This document shows, piece after piece, positions 62,129-64,000 of a stretch of DNA of 64,000 bases; the first letter of the stretch is position 1, and every line of letters starts with the position of its first letter. Position numbers and translations under genes: made by a program. The stretch spans positions 284,699 through 348,698 of the forward strand of contig NW_018404030.1 of assembly GCF_002113885.1 (NCBI RefSeq), written 5' to 3'. The notes beneath the pieces were generated by a model. The model did not search any database. It saw only the letters and a list, made by a program, of their open reading frames with translations, and was not told where the DNA came from. This DNA is from Mizuhopecten yessoensis (lineage: Eukaryota).

Positions 62129-64000
62129 CACTACCTTGAAGCGATGAGAGGGCTCCCTACACTGGCACCGGACATTGCCAAGGTATTTAACGATGGAGAG
62201 TTCACCGTACGTCAGACGGAGGGCAGATTCAATGGTGTCTGGACAGATATGGCGCTAGAGAAGACCTACAACCGTGATGCGAAAACAAAGCTCTTCACTG
62301 GCATCAGTCAGCAGCCAGCAGCCATGGAGAAATACCTGCGTGCTCTTCCAGTGTTGACAGCTGTATCAGAGCAAACGAAGGCCATGGCCCACTTAGACAA
62401 GTGTGCCCAGAATCATCATGAATACTTTGACAGGCAAGCGACAAAAGATGCAGAGAGTATGGAAAAAGTGACAGATGTCATCAAGATCCAAATGATTAAC
62501 CCATTCCTGTGTGAAGAACAGAAATTGCTGTACATCTCCACAGGCTACAAAGCTGCATCTGAAGACCTGCTAAGTGCACGCAAAAAAGGACTCCAGGCAT
62601 TGGCCCTAGCACGAGAAACGGAGAGTGAGAAAGTAGTCCCTGTGAAATTGGCCACATTTGCAGCACAGACAAAGAAGTCACTGTCCATGGCACAGAAGGC
62701 AAAGAAGATATATGAGGAAGAAAGTGCAGTTGTACAAAACCTGTACTTTGTGTAAGATCTGGATAAAGAGAAGAAGGTTGAGATATTCAGCCATGAATGG
62801 ACGAGCTGTCCTGCATCCCTGTTTGAGCCTGATTCGAGCCTTGATCAGGGGTATGCGATGCGTAAAGGCAACAAGGCTGACTACCTGGTTGCCATCAAGT
62901 CGTCCCTTGGCAACTCCTGGATGCAGGCAGACAAATTACCCCCATCAGATGAGCCAGTCGTGTTGGTAGTTGACGCCATGGCATTCATTCAGCGATGCCA
63001 ACAACTTGGAAGCAGCACCTTCCACGAATTGCAAGAGAACTACCTGAAGCAGCTTCTTAGCACCAAACCAGACAGCTGTGACTGCATCAACTTTGTTGGG
63101 GACCGGTATGATGTCACTGCAGCGGAAAGCCTGAAAAGCGAGGAGCGCGAAAAGAGAGAGAAGACACATCCCAGCAAGATGAAAGAGTACAAGCCTCATG
63201 ATGCCCTTGCAATTCCTGAGTGGAAAGGCTTTGTTCAAAACCCCCATAACAAAGCAAACCTGCTGCACTACATGGGCGAGACATGGACTGCACAGCACAA
63301 GTCACTTCCTCCGGGATGTACACTCCTTCTCGGAGGAGTCTTCCGTGACCCTGGCCGAACAGTCATGTTATCAACGAACTGCCAGATAGAGCTCCCTGAA
63401 CTTTCCTGTGTGAAGCACGAGGAGGCGGACACACGGATGTTCGCTCACATTACATACTGTGTACAATTCCTTCATCACAAGCGGGTTGTTGTGATGGCAA
63501 CAGACACAGATGTCATCATGTTGTGCATCTACTATAGTATGCGTTTCGCTGAACTGGAAGAGTTATGGGTGAAAAAGATGGACATATATCTGCCTGCCCA
63601 TGCCATTGCTACATCTCTTGCCATGCAGAGTGATGTAGATGCTGCCCAACTGACATCAGTCCTGTTGACCATCTACATACTGACCGGGTGTGACACAGTC
63701 AGCTATCTCTACAGAAGAGGGAAGAAGCGAGCCTACAAAGCGGCCATCGACAACATTGGACACCTGCTGCCACTTGCCAGATATGGCGACCCTGATGAAA
63801 GCCTAGAGGTGACGGAAGAAGTTGTCACAGCAGCTAGGCGGTACATCATGGCACTCTATGACCGGAGTGACTTCGGTGGCTCCCTTGATGCGCTGCGGGC
63901 TCATCTCTTCGCGAGTATCAAGGGTGACATGCGATCTCTGCCACCAACTGAAGATGCCTTCCGGCTGCACCTACTCAGATCCCTTCATCAGGTGGCTGTG
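62129..64000 (+). pseudogene. Academ transposase C-terminal region fused to an XPG/FEN1-like PIN nuclease; single in-frame TAA at 62753-62755; partial at both ends
   Basis: One frame of 624 codons: DMALEKTYNRDAK (putative catalytic E region), then VDAM, VGDRY, LKSEEREKR, HEEADTR, TDTDV, TGCDTVS..RGKK and LPPTEDAFRLHLLR. The 415 codons after the stop are missing from the ORF track because they run off the window. Confidence 0.88.

Larger units (their letters stand above)
61200..64000 (+). mobile_element. AcademX-type DNA transposon (extends beyond the window)
   Basis: Intronless transposase+XPG-nuclease frame after the gap. Candidate left terminus TAGtcgggg at 61200; Academ termini typically begin TAG. 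The left boundary is tentative. Confidence 0.7.

Noticed and set aside
61423-62147. ORFs of 230-238 aa spanning the second gap
   Set aside because: Almost entirely X.

Overview
AT-rich, intron- and repeat-rich animal genomic DNA, not prokaryotic. The repeat families (V-domain SINEs, Helentron/HINE-like elements, DIRS, Academ) suggest a mollusc, probably a bivalve; this is inference. One complete minus-strand gene spans about 8.6-54 kb. I reconstructed it by hand from GT-AG sites with consistent phases: 11 exons (582 aa) plus a probable 87-bp symmetric exon (611 aa). It encodes a signal peptide, five Ig domains, a Thr/Pro/Ser-rich stalk and a GPI-anchor signal, i.e. a lachesin/IgLON/DIP-like neural adhesion protein, with a TATA box upstream and a 35-kb interval between exon 1 and the first Ig exon. 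The left edge holds a DIRS1-like RT/RNase H fragment in a probably mis-scaffolded block. The right edge holds an AcademX-type DNA transposon (DDE transposase fused to an XPG/FEN1 nuclease, one in-frame stop). The rest is SINEs, MITEs, HINE-like elements and about 14 unrelated minisatellites. No CRISPR array, rRNA or bona fide tRNA gene is present. I found no clearly new biological system. The most notable observations are the 5-Ig architecture with an apparently duplicated Ig2-Ig3 exon module, TA-to-TACATGTA insertions caught inside repeats, and a 135-bp LTR-like element carrying a tRNA-like Pol III promoter.
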